DNA of 64,000 nt from Blepharisma stoltei ATCC 30299 (Eukaryota; Protista; Ciliophora): contig CBFDEM010000060.1 in the NCBI GenBank assembly GCA_965603825.1, positions 372,001-436,000 on the forward strand, in the 5' to 3' direction. This document shows, one piece after another, positions 26,540 to 38,987 of this stretch. How positions within the stretch are numbered: position 1 is the stretch's first letter; each line of letters opens with the position of its first letter. Both the position numbers and the translations under genes were made by a program. Under the pieces are notes generated by a model. It worked only from the letters and a program-made list of their open reading frames with translations, ran no database searches and had not been told where the DNA came from.

Positions 26540-26745
26540 ATTAAATTTTAATAAAAAAGGTTATAAATTAATGTAGATTATTCTTAATTTTCAACGCTAT
26601 TATTACTTAATAGCTACATTTGAGTAAGGCTTATATATAGAAGCAGCTTTCACTTTTACTAAAAGGTAATAAATGCTTAAAATAACAATCTGCCAAATAA
26701 AATTGTCTAAATTAAAAAAAATCCTTAGAGTAATTTTTGGGCTAT

Positions 26746-29253
26746 CTAATTATTTATCTCCTTAATTGAAAGCCAATTATTATCACTCATTTTTGCATCT
26801 GAAAAATCGCAATTCCGAATGTTAAAATTATTTGATGACCTCGCCCAATCTAGACATTCTATCTCATTTAAGCTTGCTTTATCATTAAATGCTAGATCAA
26901 TACTCCTTTTGCTCATCAAAGCTTTGAAATCCCAAATCCCAATAAAACCCTTGCTGGTAGCAATAATAAAATTGCCTGATCAAGATCATGATATCCATTT
27001 AATTTTATGAATACAATTTTTCGACCTGAAAATTGTGCATCCTTTCAGAGTATCCAAAATTTCAAACGAGCAATCACCTTTTCTTTGTAAAATAACATAA
27101 TTTCCATCTGTCGATATGATAATTGATTGAAGATTTTTGATTTCATTGACTTCATAGGCAATGAATGGATCATCTATAATATTTCATATCTTTAAATTGC
27201 TATTTCTGTCATAAATTGCAACATATTGAGATGAATTTGAAAATATCATCATCCTAGAAATGCCTAAAGAAATAGTTTTCTCAATACTTTTGCTTCTCAA
27301 TAAGAAAAAGTTTATTTCTCCTCTGTCATTTCCATATACAAAATAATTTTCATTCTCAGTAAATGATCCATCTAATATAGCTGTTGAAGTAATATCTCAG
27401 TTAGAATCAATAATATGCATTATGGAATTTTTATCCCAAATATAAATTATAGATCCACTTCCTACTGCCCAAAAGTTTTCAGAAATAGAAAATGAAATGA
27501 CTCGAATTGGTGTAACAAAGCAATGCTTTCAAATAATTGCTTTCTTCTTTCAGTTTCAAACTGTGGCTTCTATAGGCTCAGAAATACTACTTTTGACTAC
27601 TAAAAATTTTGAGGATGGTGAAAAGAACAGAGATGCAGGCGGCTCATCAGTTTTAAGAGCTGAAATTATTTCTTTTTTTCTCATATCTCAGATATTGATA
27701 ACCCTATTATAGTTGCTAGTCGCAAAATATTTATCATCACAAGAAAAGCATGCTGAATTAGCGGCATTGCTATTTTTGCGGAGAAAATCATCCAAATTGT
27801 GTGAGAAGTTATAATCTATCTGCAATAATAAGCCTTTAAAAACTATTTGTGGACGTTTTTTAGTTGCTACATATTGACAGGATTCAAAATCATAATAATT
27901 GATAGATTTTTCAGCCACGTTATTTTCGCAATCATATAGTCCGAGTCCATCATCGCCATAAATAAATATATAATCTCCTATTGGCGACATAACAGCAGCA
28001 GATAAGGTATCATAATAATCTTTTGATCTAGCTAATTCTTCTGAGGTTTCTGCATTTCATATTGATAAATGTCTCCCAGATTTAACAAAAATTTTTTCAT
28101 GGGTGGATGAAAATTTAATTTCAAATTGTTCTTTCTCTATAGTTTGTATATTTATAACTGCTTTAGTCTGGGAATTTCAAATCAAAAAAGTATCTTCGCT
28201 GTATTTAGAGTTATATATTACCATGTATTTTCCATGCCAAGAAAATGCAAAATCCTTCGGATAATCATGATAATTATTTCCAAAATCAAATTGCTGGATT
28301 TTTATGCTGTTTCTTATATCTCATATAATTCAATCCCTTGCTGATTGAACTAAAACAAAATCTTCTATTGGAGATCAATTTATATAGAAAAGACGAAGCT
28401 GAAAACTTGTTGATGAGCAAATTAAGTCAGTTTGCAAGTCTCGAATGCAAAGAGTACCAAACGAATAAAAGGCTAGGTATTTTTCTGATGGCGAAAAAGC
28501 AAAAAGTTTTGAACTTTCAAATTGATATTTTAAGCACTTATTATTTAAAAGGCTATGAATAGCATATTTTTTTTCAAGTGATTCAAATATTATATAATTT
28601 TCTTGAGGGGAAAATTGTATAGGCTTGCCTATAATTTGTTGGGAATTTTGAATGCTTTCTATTTTCTGAATTTGGAATAGGGGACAAGAAGGTGAATAGA
28701 AATCTCAGACTATATATTTGCCTGTAGGGGAAAGTCAAGCCTCTTTGCACTGCTTCATTTCGGCTAAAGGAATTAATCCATGGCTAGAGTTTCTCATATC
28801 GCATCCTTTGAAGTTGGTATATTCTAAGTTGGAAAACGAAATATTAGCATGAGATAAATCGCTTCCTTCAAGATTGCTATTGTAAAAATAAGATGCTGAT
28901 AAGTCTGCGTAAGGAACTTTGATTCCGTGCATATCTCTATTAAAAAACTGGAATCCTGAAGAATTTAAGATAGAAATTGCATTTGATGAAGCTATTTCTA
29001 TACCTTGAATATCTCGGGATAGTAAAACGAGTTGAAATAGAGCTTCTTGAAATTCAGGGGTCGCTATTTGTTTAAAAGATTTAAAGAGTTCAGGATATTG
29101 AAACAATTTGATTTTATTGAAATAGCTTTGTATATAAGTATCATGGTTTAGGATCCAAATTTGTACGTCTCTACAAATTCTTTTTGCAATTAACTTATCT
29201 ATATTAAAAATTTGGGATTTTTTGGTATTTTCAAAGGATTTTCTGTATCGCAA
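26746..29253 (-). pseudogene. Pentapeptide + WD40 protein, paralog 1, 5' end lost at the retrotransposon junction
   Basis: All fragments share one frame with TGA=Trp; SSNAISIL..ADLS..SNLEGSDLSHANI pentapeptides, FSP/WD repeats; lacks the ATG and N-terminus of paralog 2. Confidence 0.75.
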
Positions 29254-32200
29254 CTATCGTCGCCTAACGGTCCTTATGGACCATGTTTCATTCAATCCGT
29301 GATCTTAGTTTGTCTCATCCCATTTTTGCTCTCCCTCTTCTCTCTTTCCTCCAGGTAACTAATCGCCCTATCCTTCAGTATTTCCACATGGTACGTCTTT
29401 ATCGCCCTATCTATTTCTTCTATCTTTCCGTTATCTCCAGTTTTTCTTCAGTGCCTGATAACTGCTTCAAATTCTTCGCTGTATAGCAAACGCCCAATAG
29501 CCCAATACTTGCCAGCTCTCTTTCCCCAATTTCCAGTTCCTTTTTAGTTTTTCTCTCATTTTACCATATCGAGGACATTGCGTCAACATGTGCTCCTCCG
29601 TTTCAGTGACTTCACACTCACAACATGCTGGGTTGTCAGCTAGATGCCTTATAAACGCATTACCCTTGCAGTTATTAAATCCAGCCCTAAGCCTGAAAAT
29701 GGTTCCAATCGCAGAGTGCATATCTGAATTTACCATTACATATGTAGACATATATGTCTGCTTTGTGCCTCTCCTTGCTCAATTGTATATCTCCGTTGTC
29801 CTATATGTTTCCTCCTTAAGTCGTCTCATTGCTTCTCTTAAATTGCTCTCGCTGGCTGCCCTATCTATTAGCTCTTTTCAATCTTTTAATCCAGTCCGTT
29901 CGATAATGCGGTCATTGTATAGTTCAAGCCCCAGTTCTTTCATGAATTCTTTGCATCTATTCTCTCAAGGCAGACTGCATATCTCGTTGATCTCTCGGAG
30001 CTTCATTGTCAGTAAATCTTTGGAGTCTAGCATCTTTTTCTTGAACATCAGTGTGCGCTTTTTTGTCAGGTGTTCCAGGCTTAGCCATCCTAAGTCCAGC
30101 ATAGAAGTCTCTCTTGCAATCCCTTGTGGACCTTTAAGTATGTATCTTGCTATCGCCATTCTGGCTTTTTCTACTTTTAGCATCTCAGCCGTCTTCCATC
30201 CTACTTGACTGCATTCTTTAGAGTATAGTGCTACTGTGTCTATGCACGCTTTAGCTATGACTGCTTTTTTTGAAATTTTACTATTCCTCATCATGGATAG
30301 TATAGCTTTAGTGAATCTGCATGCCGCATATGCTTTTTCAAGTGTCCTTTTTGAGTCGCTCCGTTGACATTTCTTTGTGCCTATCATTTTACCAAGATAT
30401 TTAAACTCAGCTTCTTGCTTCAGCAGCTTCCCCCCAATCATAATCTTCAACTCTTTAGCTTTTCTGGAGTAGTCCACTGCTACTGATTTTTCGTAGTTGA
30501 TCCTAAGAGAATAACTTTCAGCTCATTGTTCGCATGCATTACATAGGGTCTGTAGATCTTTTCTACTATGTGCTATCAAAACTATATCGTCCGCGTAAAG
30601 GAGTATTCCTAATCTTTTCTGTTGTGAATCTCCTATGTTAATTCCTATATTCATTTCGTCGATCCTTCAGGCTAGCTCATTTGGGACGAAGTTAAAACAT
30701 ATAGGAGAAGAGCTTCCACCTTGTCTGACTCCTTTGCATATTCGAACAGGTTTAGAAAGGTGCTCATCCATAATGATCTTGCTACTGCACTCCTTATACA
30801 TCGCCTTCAGCATGAGTAGTGTATCTGATGATATATCTCTTTTCATCATGGTTTCATACAGATCTCTATGTCTTATTGAATCAAATGCTTTGCTTATGTC
30901 CAAAAAAACACATCTTATCTTTTTATTTTCATGCAAGCAATATTCTATCAAGGTTTCCAACTTGAAAATCTGATCGGTTGTCGCTTTGTGTTGCATGAAC
31001 CCTGCTTGTGACAAGTGCATGATCCTTTTACTTTGTATTTCTATTGTCAGTCTCGTTGCTATGATTCTATCCAATATTTTGTAGGCTGTATTTAGAAGAG
31101 TTATAGGCCTATAGTCCTCAGGTTTTTTGGAGCCAGTTCTCTTTGGTAGGATCACAACAAGAGCCATTTTCATCCCATTAGGTAGTTCCCTATCTTCTCA
31201 GATCTTCGTCATCAGTCTTCAATATATTTCCCATAGCTTCTCTCCTCCTGATTTGATCAGTTCAGCTGGTATCCCGTCCGGCCCTGTTGCCTTTTTGCTT
31301 CTTAATTCCTTTATTGCCTGCTCTACTTCATTTAGAGTAGGAGGTTTTGAGCTTTCTTCAAGTATTTTTAAGTCAATCACTAGATCGGAGTATTGAGCCT
31401 GCCATCAGTCCACCAAATCCTCTTCTTCTTTGCCACTGAATTTTATATAACCAGTTATTTTCATCCTATTAACCTTGTTGTAGAGATCTCACATACCCCT
31501 AGCATCCAGGATTGCGTTTTCAATTCCACTCTCCCTCTTTGTCATTCTTTCATGTCTTTTCTTTTCTATTTTAAATTCTTTCATTTTCAATTTGTGCTTC
31601 ACCATCAGTTCCTTGTACTTGTTAGGTTTTGGTTTTAGTGCTTTTAAGGCTTTCCACCTATATCTACGCGCCTCCCTAAGTAAGATTAAAGCCGCTCTAC
31701 CTAATGAGCTCTTCTTTCCATCCTTGATACCCAGTACTCGCTCAGCAGAATTTAGGACTATTCTATTTATTTCTGCGTAGAGCTTGCTAGAGCTCTCCTT
31801 CAAATCTAGCCTCTCCAAATCATAGTTTACATCATCCTGGAAAACTTTAAGGTACACTGGGCTTCGCAGTCTGTCTATCCTGAGTTTTCGGGCAATTTGC
31901 ATTCTTTCTTCTTCTCATCTTTCTCATAATTTAAGGGTTATAGGCAGGTGGTCTGATCCTATTGGGTTGTTTTTGCTGCATCCGATGTCTATAACTCTCC
32001 CGATTACGCCTCAGTCAACAGCGCAGTAGTCTAGACAAAACGTCGATCCACTGGAGTGTAGATGCGTGGGCTCGTCCAATTTTAGCAATTCTAACCCTCA
32101 TTCTTTGCAGAGTCTTTTTACTCTGTACCCGTTCTCGTTAGTCTTTTCTGATCATCAGCCTTCTACATGGGCATTCAAATCCCCTATTATCAACTGTTCT

Positions 32201-32545
32201 TTCTTTCCCTTCCTCATGCCAGGGCTTCATTAATACCTTCATAGAATTGTTCCAATGTCTCTCCGTCTCCCTCAACAGGAGAGTATGCTTCTATCACTGT
32301 GAGATTTGCTATTGATATCCCTAAAATTCTCCCTTTCATAAACAGTTTTGTTTCTCCTGTAACTAGCCTCTTTTTAAACAGTATTCCTACCCCAGAACTT
32401 CTTTCTGACCCTGGATTGTGTAGCCAACTATATCCGTCTATCGATGGTAGTAAATCTGTTTCAGAGCAGTGAGTTTCGCTGACGCCTAGTATTTCTGCAT
32501 TTGTGTCCTCTAAAAATTGCTTTAGCTTTGTGGAAATCATGCCAA
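29250..32545 (-). mobile_element. Non-LTR retrotransposon ORF2 (APE endonuclease - RT - CCHC), nearly complete, two frameshifts
   Basis: GVSETH, YSP, IIGDLNAH, SDHLPI; KATGPDGIP, YRPITLL, QAGF, FLDISKAFDS, GVRQG, YADD (30587-30598), FKYLG; CACCE..ETEEHMLTQC; higher GC than flanks. Confidence 0.95.
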
Positions 32546-32567
32546 TTAATAATTTGCAAGTAATTTA

Positions 32568-35189
32568 TTAATGAGGGTTCATCTGTTTGTGAAACTCTTT
32601 AAACAATATAATGTTCTTATCATCCATAATTGCATTTGAAAAATCACACCATTTTATATTAAAATGTCTTAAAGAGCTAGCCCAGCTTAAGCATTCAACA
32701 TTTGTCTGATTTTTCTCTGTTAAAATGCTGAAATCCCAAATTCCAAAAAATCCCAAGTAAGCAGCGCTGATAAAATTGCCTGATGGTGACCATGATATTG
32801 ACTCAATACTGCGAAGGCAGCTACTTGATTTATAGATTACTTGTCCTTTGTTAAAATCAAAAATTTCAAATGAGTGAGCGTCTCGAATTTGTAAAATTAT
32901 ATAATTACCTCTTGGTGACAATATAATTGATTGAAGTTTCGAGTTTAAACTGAAATCGGTTTCATATATAATGGTTGGCTCAGTTATAAAATTTCAAATC
33001 GTTAGTTTTCCATTTTTATCAAGGACAGCAATGTATTCAGCAAAGGCTGAAATTGATAATAAATGTATACGAGAAGTACCTATAAATATTTTTTTCTCAA
33101 TATTTTGGCTGATTAAAGAAAAAAAATTTATATACCCTTTATCATTTCCATAAATAAAATAATTTTCACAGCATGTAAAAGAGCCACACAAAATGTAAAT
33201 TTTTCTTTTTTCTCATTCAGATTCAATTAAATGAATTTTATGACGATTTTTAAAAATATAAACATATTCTCCACTTCCTATTGCATAAAAATTGCCGGAA
33301 ATTGAAAAAGATATGACCCTGATTGGTGTTATAAATTTATCTCTCCAAATCATTTTATTTTTCTTTCAGTTTCAGATTGTTGCTGTTAAAGGATCGGAAG
33401 GATTACTTTTTGTGACTAAAACATCAGAACAAGGGGAAAATTGTATTGAAGCAATTTCTTCATTTGTATTAATAATAGAAACTATAGATTTACTTCTCAT
33501 ATCTCATATTTTTATTTCTAACTTATAGCAAGTAGCAAAGTATTTATCATCGAAAGAAAAGCTGGCTATGCTCACTAAATTCCGATTTTTATCCAAGAAA
33601 TCATAAAGATTTTTGATGAGATTACTGTCAGCTATAACCACACATTCTGAAGAAAATATTTTAATGGCTAATTGTGGGCATTTGACAGATATACGATAAT
33701 TAGTTAATCCTAGGTAGCAATTGATAAATCTTACAGTATCATTCTTTTTGCAATCATATATTCCAAGAGCTCCTCTATGTTTACACAACAAGAATATATA
33801 ATTTCCGCAAGGAGAAAAAACAAATGCAGGCTCTAAGGAATAAAATCCATTGAAATTTGTCAATAGTTCCGAAACTTCTGCATTTCATAATGATGAAGGC
33901 CGTCCACATTTAATTAATATATTTTCAAATACCGGGGAAAATTGAAGACAAAATTCTCCTTTTTCTTTAAAAGAAAAAGATTTTAGTGCATTTTTCTTAG
34001 TATTCCAAATCCAAAACATGCTTCTTGGATTTCTAAGTTGATATATTCCAATAAATTTTCCATTACAAGAAAAGATATGATCTAAAGGATCATTTTTCAA
34101 ATTAAAATCAAAATAATAATGTCATGTTTCTTTGCAATTTCTTCAATCTCACAAAATGCTTTCTCTGTTAGACTTGCCAATAAGCAAAAACTCTTCTGAT
34201 GGGGATCATTTTATGAAGATAGGCTTTGCGTCAAAGTTCATTACAAGGGAGGTAATTTCTGTTTTTAAATTTTTGATTCAAAGGGCGTTATCAGATGAAA
34301 AATATGCTAGATATGTGTCAGATTGTGAAATTGAAAATTCTTTAGGGCTTGGAAATTTTTCTGGCAAATTGACATTTTCTGCAATATCATGAATAGCATA
34401 AAAGGAATCATTAAGTAAAAAAATGAAATAATTTTCGGATGGCGAAAATTGGATAGGCTTGCCAGTGATTTCTTGAGGATTTTGAGTTTTATCCATCCCA
34501 TTTTCATTTAAGGTCCATAAATTAAAAAATTTGCCATAACAGGAATTGCTATCTGATATAAAATATTTGCCTGAAGGTGACAGCCAAGCCTCTTCACACT
34601 TTTTCATTTCGCCTATTAAAATTCACCCATGGCTAGTATTTCTCATATCGCATCCTTTGAAGCTGGTATATTCTAAGTTGGAAAACGAAATATTAGCATG
34701 AGATAAATCGCTTCCTTCAAGATTGCTATTGTAAAAATAAGATGCTGACAAATCTGCATAAGTAACTTTGATTCCGTGCATATCTCTATTAAAAAACTGG
34801 AATCCTGAAGAATTTAAGATAGAAATTGCATTTGATGAAGCTATTTCTATACCTTGAATATCTCGGGATAGTAAAATAAGTTGAAATAGAGCTTCTTGAA
34901 ATTCAGAGGTCGCTATTTGTTTAAAAGATTTACAGAGTTCAGGATATTGAAACAATTTGACTTTATTGAAATAGCTTTGTATATAAGTATCATGGTTTAG
35001 GATCCATCCTTGTACATCTCTACAAATTCTTTTTGCAATTAACTTATCTGCATTAAAAAAATTAGATTTCCTTATCAATCTAAATCCCCAAACTCATTTT
35101 TCGTTATCATTTCTTTTAAGCAAGCTTCTTTTAGTCAAACAGTGCAAGTCTCCAAGTTTTCCAAGCAATTCTTTTGTTTGATGCTCCAT
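32568..35189 (-). CDS. Pentapeptide + WD40 protein, paralog 2 (NACHT-less NLR-like sensor module)
   Basis: ATG 35189 to TAA 32568, fragments share one frame split at TGA; same architecture as paralog 1. Confidence 0.82.
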
Positions 35190-35268
35190 TTTTTATTTTC
35201 GAAGTCTTTAACAATACTCTACCAAAATGTTCAAATCAGCATGATAAATTATTTAGGGGACTTTTGAA

Positions 35269-36617
35269 ATGGTAAAATCAAGACTTTTTAAAAAGAAAAC
35301 AAAAGAATCACTTGAAGACTATGATAATATGAGTAAATTTATTGACCCAACTATAGACTACACTAAGGAAGAACTTTGCGATATTTCAACCCCTAAAAAG
35401 TATGATCCAAGTCCAGCAGAAAATTTTCATCTCCCCCCTCGGCACGTATATTCATCCTTCATAGACTTTACTGCTAAAAAATTTTCTGAACACATCGAAG
35501 ACCCTTTAAATCCTAATGAAATTGAAGAAGGTTGCAGATTAGCAAGAGAAATAGTCAATGAATTTGCATCTAGTGCCCCTGAGTATACATTAACTCAAAA
35601 TGATTTAACAAAAGAAATAAAACAAGGCTTAAGTATAAATAGAGCTCTTAGCTGTATCAATAATAGCAAATTTCGAGACGATTTTATAGATTTTTTAGGC
35701 GAATATCAAATGAAACATATAAATGACCGAGGTTTGAAAAACGGAATTAAAGAGCCTATTAAACGCAGCCACAAAGTAAAAATAATTAAATACTATGAAG
35801 ACCACAAAACCACCAAAGAAATATGTAAAGAACTTCTTGGGAAATACTCTGCAAGAGTTATAGATGAATTTATAGAATTTTATTTGAAGAATGGCAACGA
35901 AGCTGTCAATATGGAATTTACTTCTTCAAAGCAGGAAAAGAATTAATAAGTGTCGATGAAACTCAAGTCACAAAAGGCGACAATTTAATATTTGGCTGAG
36001 CTAAAAAAGGGATCCGAGCCACTAAAGTAGTTGAACGGAAAGGTAGGCCAATTCATATAATTGCTGCTGTTTCTAAAGATAGAGTAATAGGATACATGAT
36101 ACGCTACAACAAAATTGAAAAAAACACATACAAGCATTTTATGCTTTGCTTGTTTGAGAAATTAAAAGAAATTGACCCAGAAAATTACAAAAAGAGATTT
36201 TTTGTGCTGATGGATAATGCAGGGGCTCATAAACATAAAATAGTCAAAGATTTTTTGGAAAGCCAAGAGGTAATAGTGCTATGCAATGCTCCTACTACGC
36301 CGCAGCTGCAGCCTATTGAGTTTGTGTTTTCTATGTTTAAAAGAAACTTAAAGAAATTAAAGCTAGAAGATGAAGAAGAATTGTTGTGAGCGATTTATAA
36401 CAGCTTTAAAAAAATCACTCCGAGACAGCTGCACAATACTTATTTACATACTATGAGAGCTTATGAGTCAGGACTCACGTATAGCAATTTTCAACATAAT
36501 CGAAATCCTTATGTAACTGATGGAAGAATTAGGAGAAGTGGAAAACTATTAAGCAGGATGATTAATTTTGAAAAGCTGTTTGGGAAAAAGGATAAAGGTG
36601 AGGATTTTAATCTATAA
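35269..36617 (+). mobile_element. Tc1/IS630 (DDE_3, DD34E) transposase, internally deleted and frameshifted, no TIRs seen
   Basis: HTH (KIIKYYEDHKTTKEICKEL), ISVDET, VLMDNAGAH, 34 aa, PQLQPIE; frame change within 35829-35946. Confidence 0.88.
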
Positions 36618-36685
36618 TAATTTCATGTTGATCTTTAAATAGTTCAACTCATCAATAATTTATAGATGGTATTTTTAAAAATAAA

Positions 36686-37425
36686 ATGATAAATTCTGAA
36701 AATGACTTTAATAAAAATATAATTATGAAACGCACTGACTGCTGGTGTTTATGGACACTGATCATATCATCAGTGATTTTTGTTTTAGGATGCATATTTT
36801 AGTTCCCAATAGAGTATGAAGTTTATTATCCTTTTTCAATCATGATTGAAAAAGCGCAAAATGCATGATAAACAATATCCAAAGTTATCAACTCCTTCAG
36901 CTTGTTGGCAAGACTGGTAACAGTTATTATTCTTCTTACACTTTATTTGATGTCAGAGTGAATATTAATGGAAAGTGGCTTCAAGGTTTTGCGTGTGGAT
37001 TTTCACAAGAACCTGGACCATCTGCAACAAAAGTTATAAACCAAGAGTATCCGTATAAATATTCTATGTGCCTGTCGCATGAAGAATGTGGAGATATGCT
37101 AATGATGCCAGTCTGATTTTGTAATAAATGCAAAGATTGTCAAAAAGAGTTTAATGAAGAAACCAGAAACTGCAAATGGTTTTTGAAAAATGAAAATAAT
37201 GCGATAGATGATGCATATGAGATTTCTGTTGGGTATGAACTTGATTACCACTCTCAAGATTCTACTTTTATTCAAGTCATATTTATGGATTCGCCTTTTT
37301 ATTATGAAAGTGATTATTTGGGAATTCAAATTGTCTGCTTGTATTTGATGATTTATATTCCATCAGGGATCATCATATTATCTCTATTTTATTTTATAAT
37401 AAATCAAATAAGAAAAAAATGCTAA
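36686..37425 (+). pseudogene. Two-TM Cys-rich array, subfamily A copy 1
   Basis: Premature TAG 36800-36802 (TAT in copies 2 and 3) and 1-nt deletion in the T run near 36835. Confidence 0.85.
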
Positions 37426-37583
37426 TTTTAGCAAATCTATTAGCTAGCTTTAGTAATTTCCAGGTTTTATAATTATAGCTATTTAAAATAAATAAATTAT
37501 TTATAAAAATTTCTTATAAATTTTGAGATAATCCTATCTTAAACTAAACTTAAATTCTTAGAGTATTTAAAGTGCCATCCGAA

Positions 37584-37675
37584 TCCTAAGATGATTGCAA
37601 AAGTTATATGGGCTCACCCCAAGTTCTTAGAAATTTTAATTCCTAAGATGATTGCAAAAGTCATATTAGGCTCAC
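37584..37675 (+). repeat. About 34-bp direct repeat (37584-37617 and 37641-37675)
   Basis: TCCTAAGATGATTGCAAAAGT.ATAT..GGCTCAC twice. Confidence 0.9.
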
Positions 37676-37900
37676 ATTCAAATAAGGAACTTTTAAATTG
37701 GTAAAATCTTGACTTTTTAAAAAGAAAACAAAAGAATCACTTTGAAGACTATTATGATATGAATAGATTTTAGAATCAACTATATACTACACTAAGGAAG
37801 AACTTTGCGATATTTTTTGTAAAAGGATAAAGTTGAGAATTATAATCTATAATAATTCATGTTAATCTTCACACAGTTCAACTCATCAATAATTTATAAC
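37676..37900 (+). mobile_element. Miniature deletion derivative of the transposase gene
   Basis: Decayed copy of about 35255-35386 fused near 37815 to a copy of about 36585-36665. Confidence 0.85.
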
Positions 37901-37931
37901 AGTTAAAAATAATGTTTTTTTTAAAAAGTAA

Positions 37932-38675
37932 ATGATAAATTCTGAAAATGAGTTTAATAAAAATATAATTATGAAACGCAGTGACTGCTGTTGCTTATGG
38001 ACACTGATCATATCATCAGTGTTTTTTGCTTTAGGATGCTTACTTTATTTCCCTATAGAGTATGAAGTTTATTATCCTTTTTTCAATCATGATTGAAAAA
38101 GCACAAAATGCATGATAAACAGTCTCCAAAGATATCAAATCCTTATGTCAGTTGACAAGGCTGGTAACAAACATTATACTTATTACACTTTATTTGATGT
38201 CAGAGTCAATATTAATGGGAAGTGGCTTCAAGGTTTTGCGTGTGGATCTCCAGATGCAACTATTGGATCATCTGCAGTCACAGCTTTAAACCGAGAGTAT
38301 CCGTATAAGTATTCTATCTGCCATTCAGACAAAGAATGTGGAAATATGCTTATAATGCCAGTCTGGTTTTGTAATGAATGCAAAAATTGCCAAAAAGAGT
38401 TTAATGATGAAACTAGAGACTGTAAATGATTTTTGAAAAATGGAAATAATGTGATAAATGATGTAGATGAGATTCCTGTTGGGTATAAACTTGATTACCC
38501 CACTCAAGATTCTACTTTTATTCAAGTCATATTTATGGATTCGCCGTATTATTATGAAACTGACTATTTGGCACTGCAATATATCTGCTTGTATTTGATG
38601 ATTTATGTTCCATCAGGGTTCATCACATTATCTCTATTTTATTTTATAATAAATCGAATAAGAAGGAAATGTTAA
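37932..38675 (+). CDS. Two-TM Cys-rich protein, subfamily A copy 2
   Basis: Intact with TGA=Trp; TM-DWKSTKC...FACG...YPY..C..ECG..WFCNEC..C-TM-RRKC. Confidence 0.88.
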
Positions 38676-38987
38676 TTTTAGCAAATTTATTAGCAAGCTT
38701 TAGTAATTTCTATTTGGATATAATTATAGCTATTTAAATAAATATCCTTGCTATAAAATTTTGAAGCATTAAATCTGTTCTCGAAATTAAATAATATGGG
38801 ATTTAAGCGAACTATTATAAGTTATGTATAATCTTCTTATGACTTTTGAGATAATCCTATCATAACTTAACTTGGGAAAAAGGATAAAGTTGAGAATTTT
38901 AATTTCTAATAATTCATGCTAATCTACACTTAGTTCAACTCACCAATAATGTATAGCACTTAATTTTAATGGTATTTTAAAAAGTAA

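Noticed and set aside
29588-31780. Plus-strand ORFs up to 206 aa inside the LINE
   Set aside because: Ser/Leu/Phe-rich antisense shadows of the purine-rich RT strand
35829-35946. Programmed -1 frameshift or tiny intron joining the transposase halves
   Set aside because: No canonical slippery heptamer or GT-AG intron of suitable length; the missing second HTH is better explained by deletion
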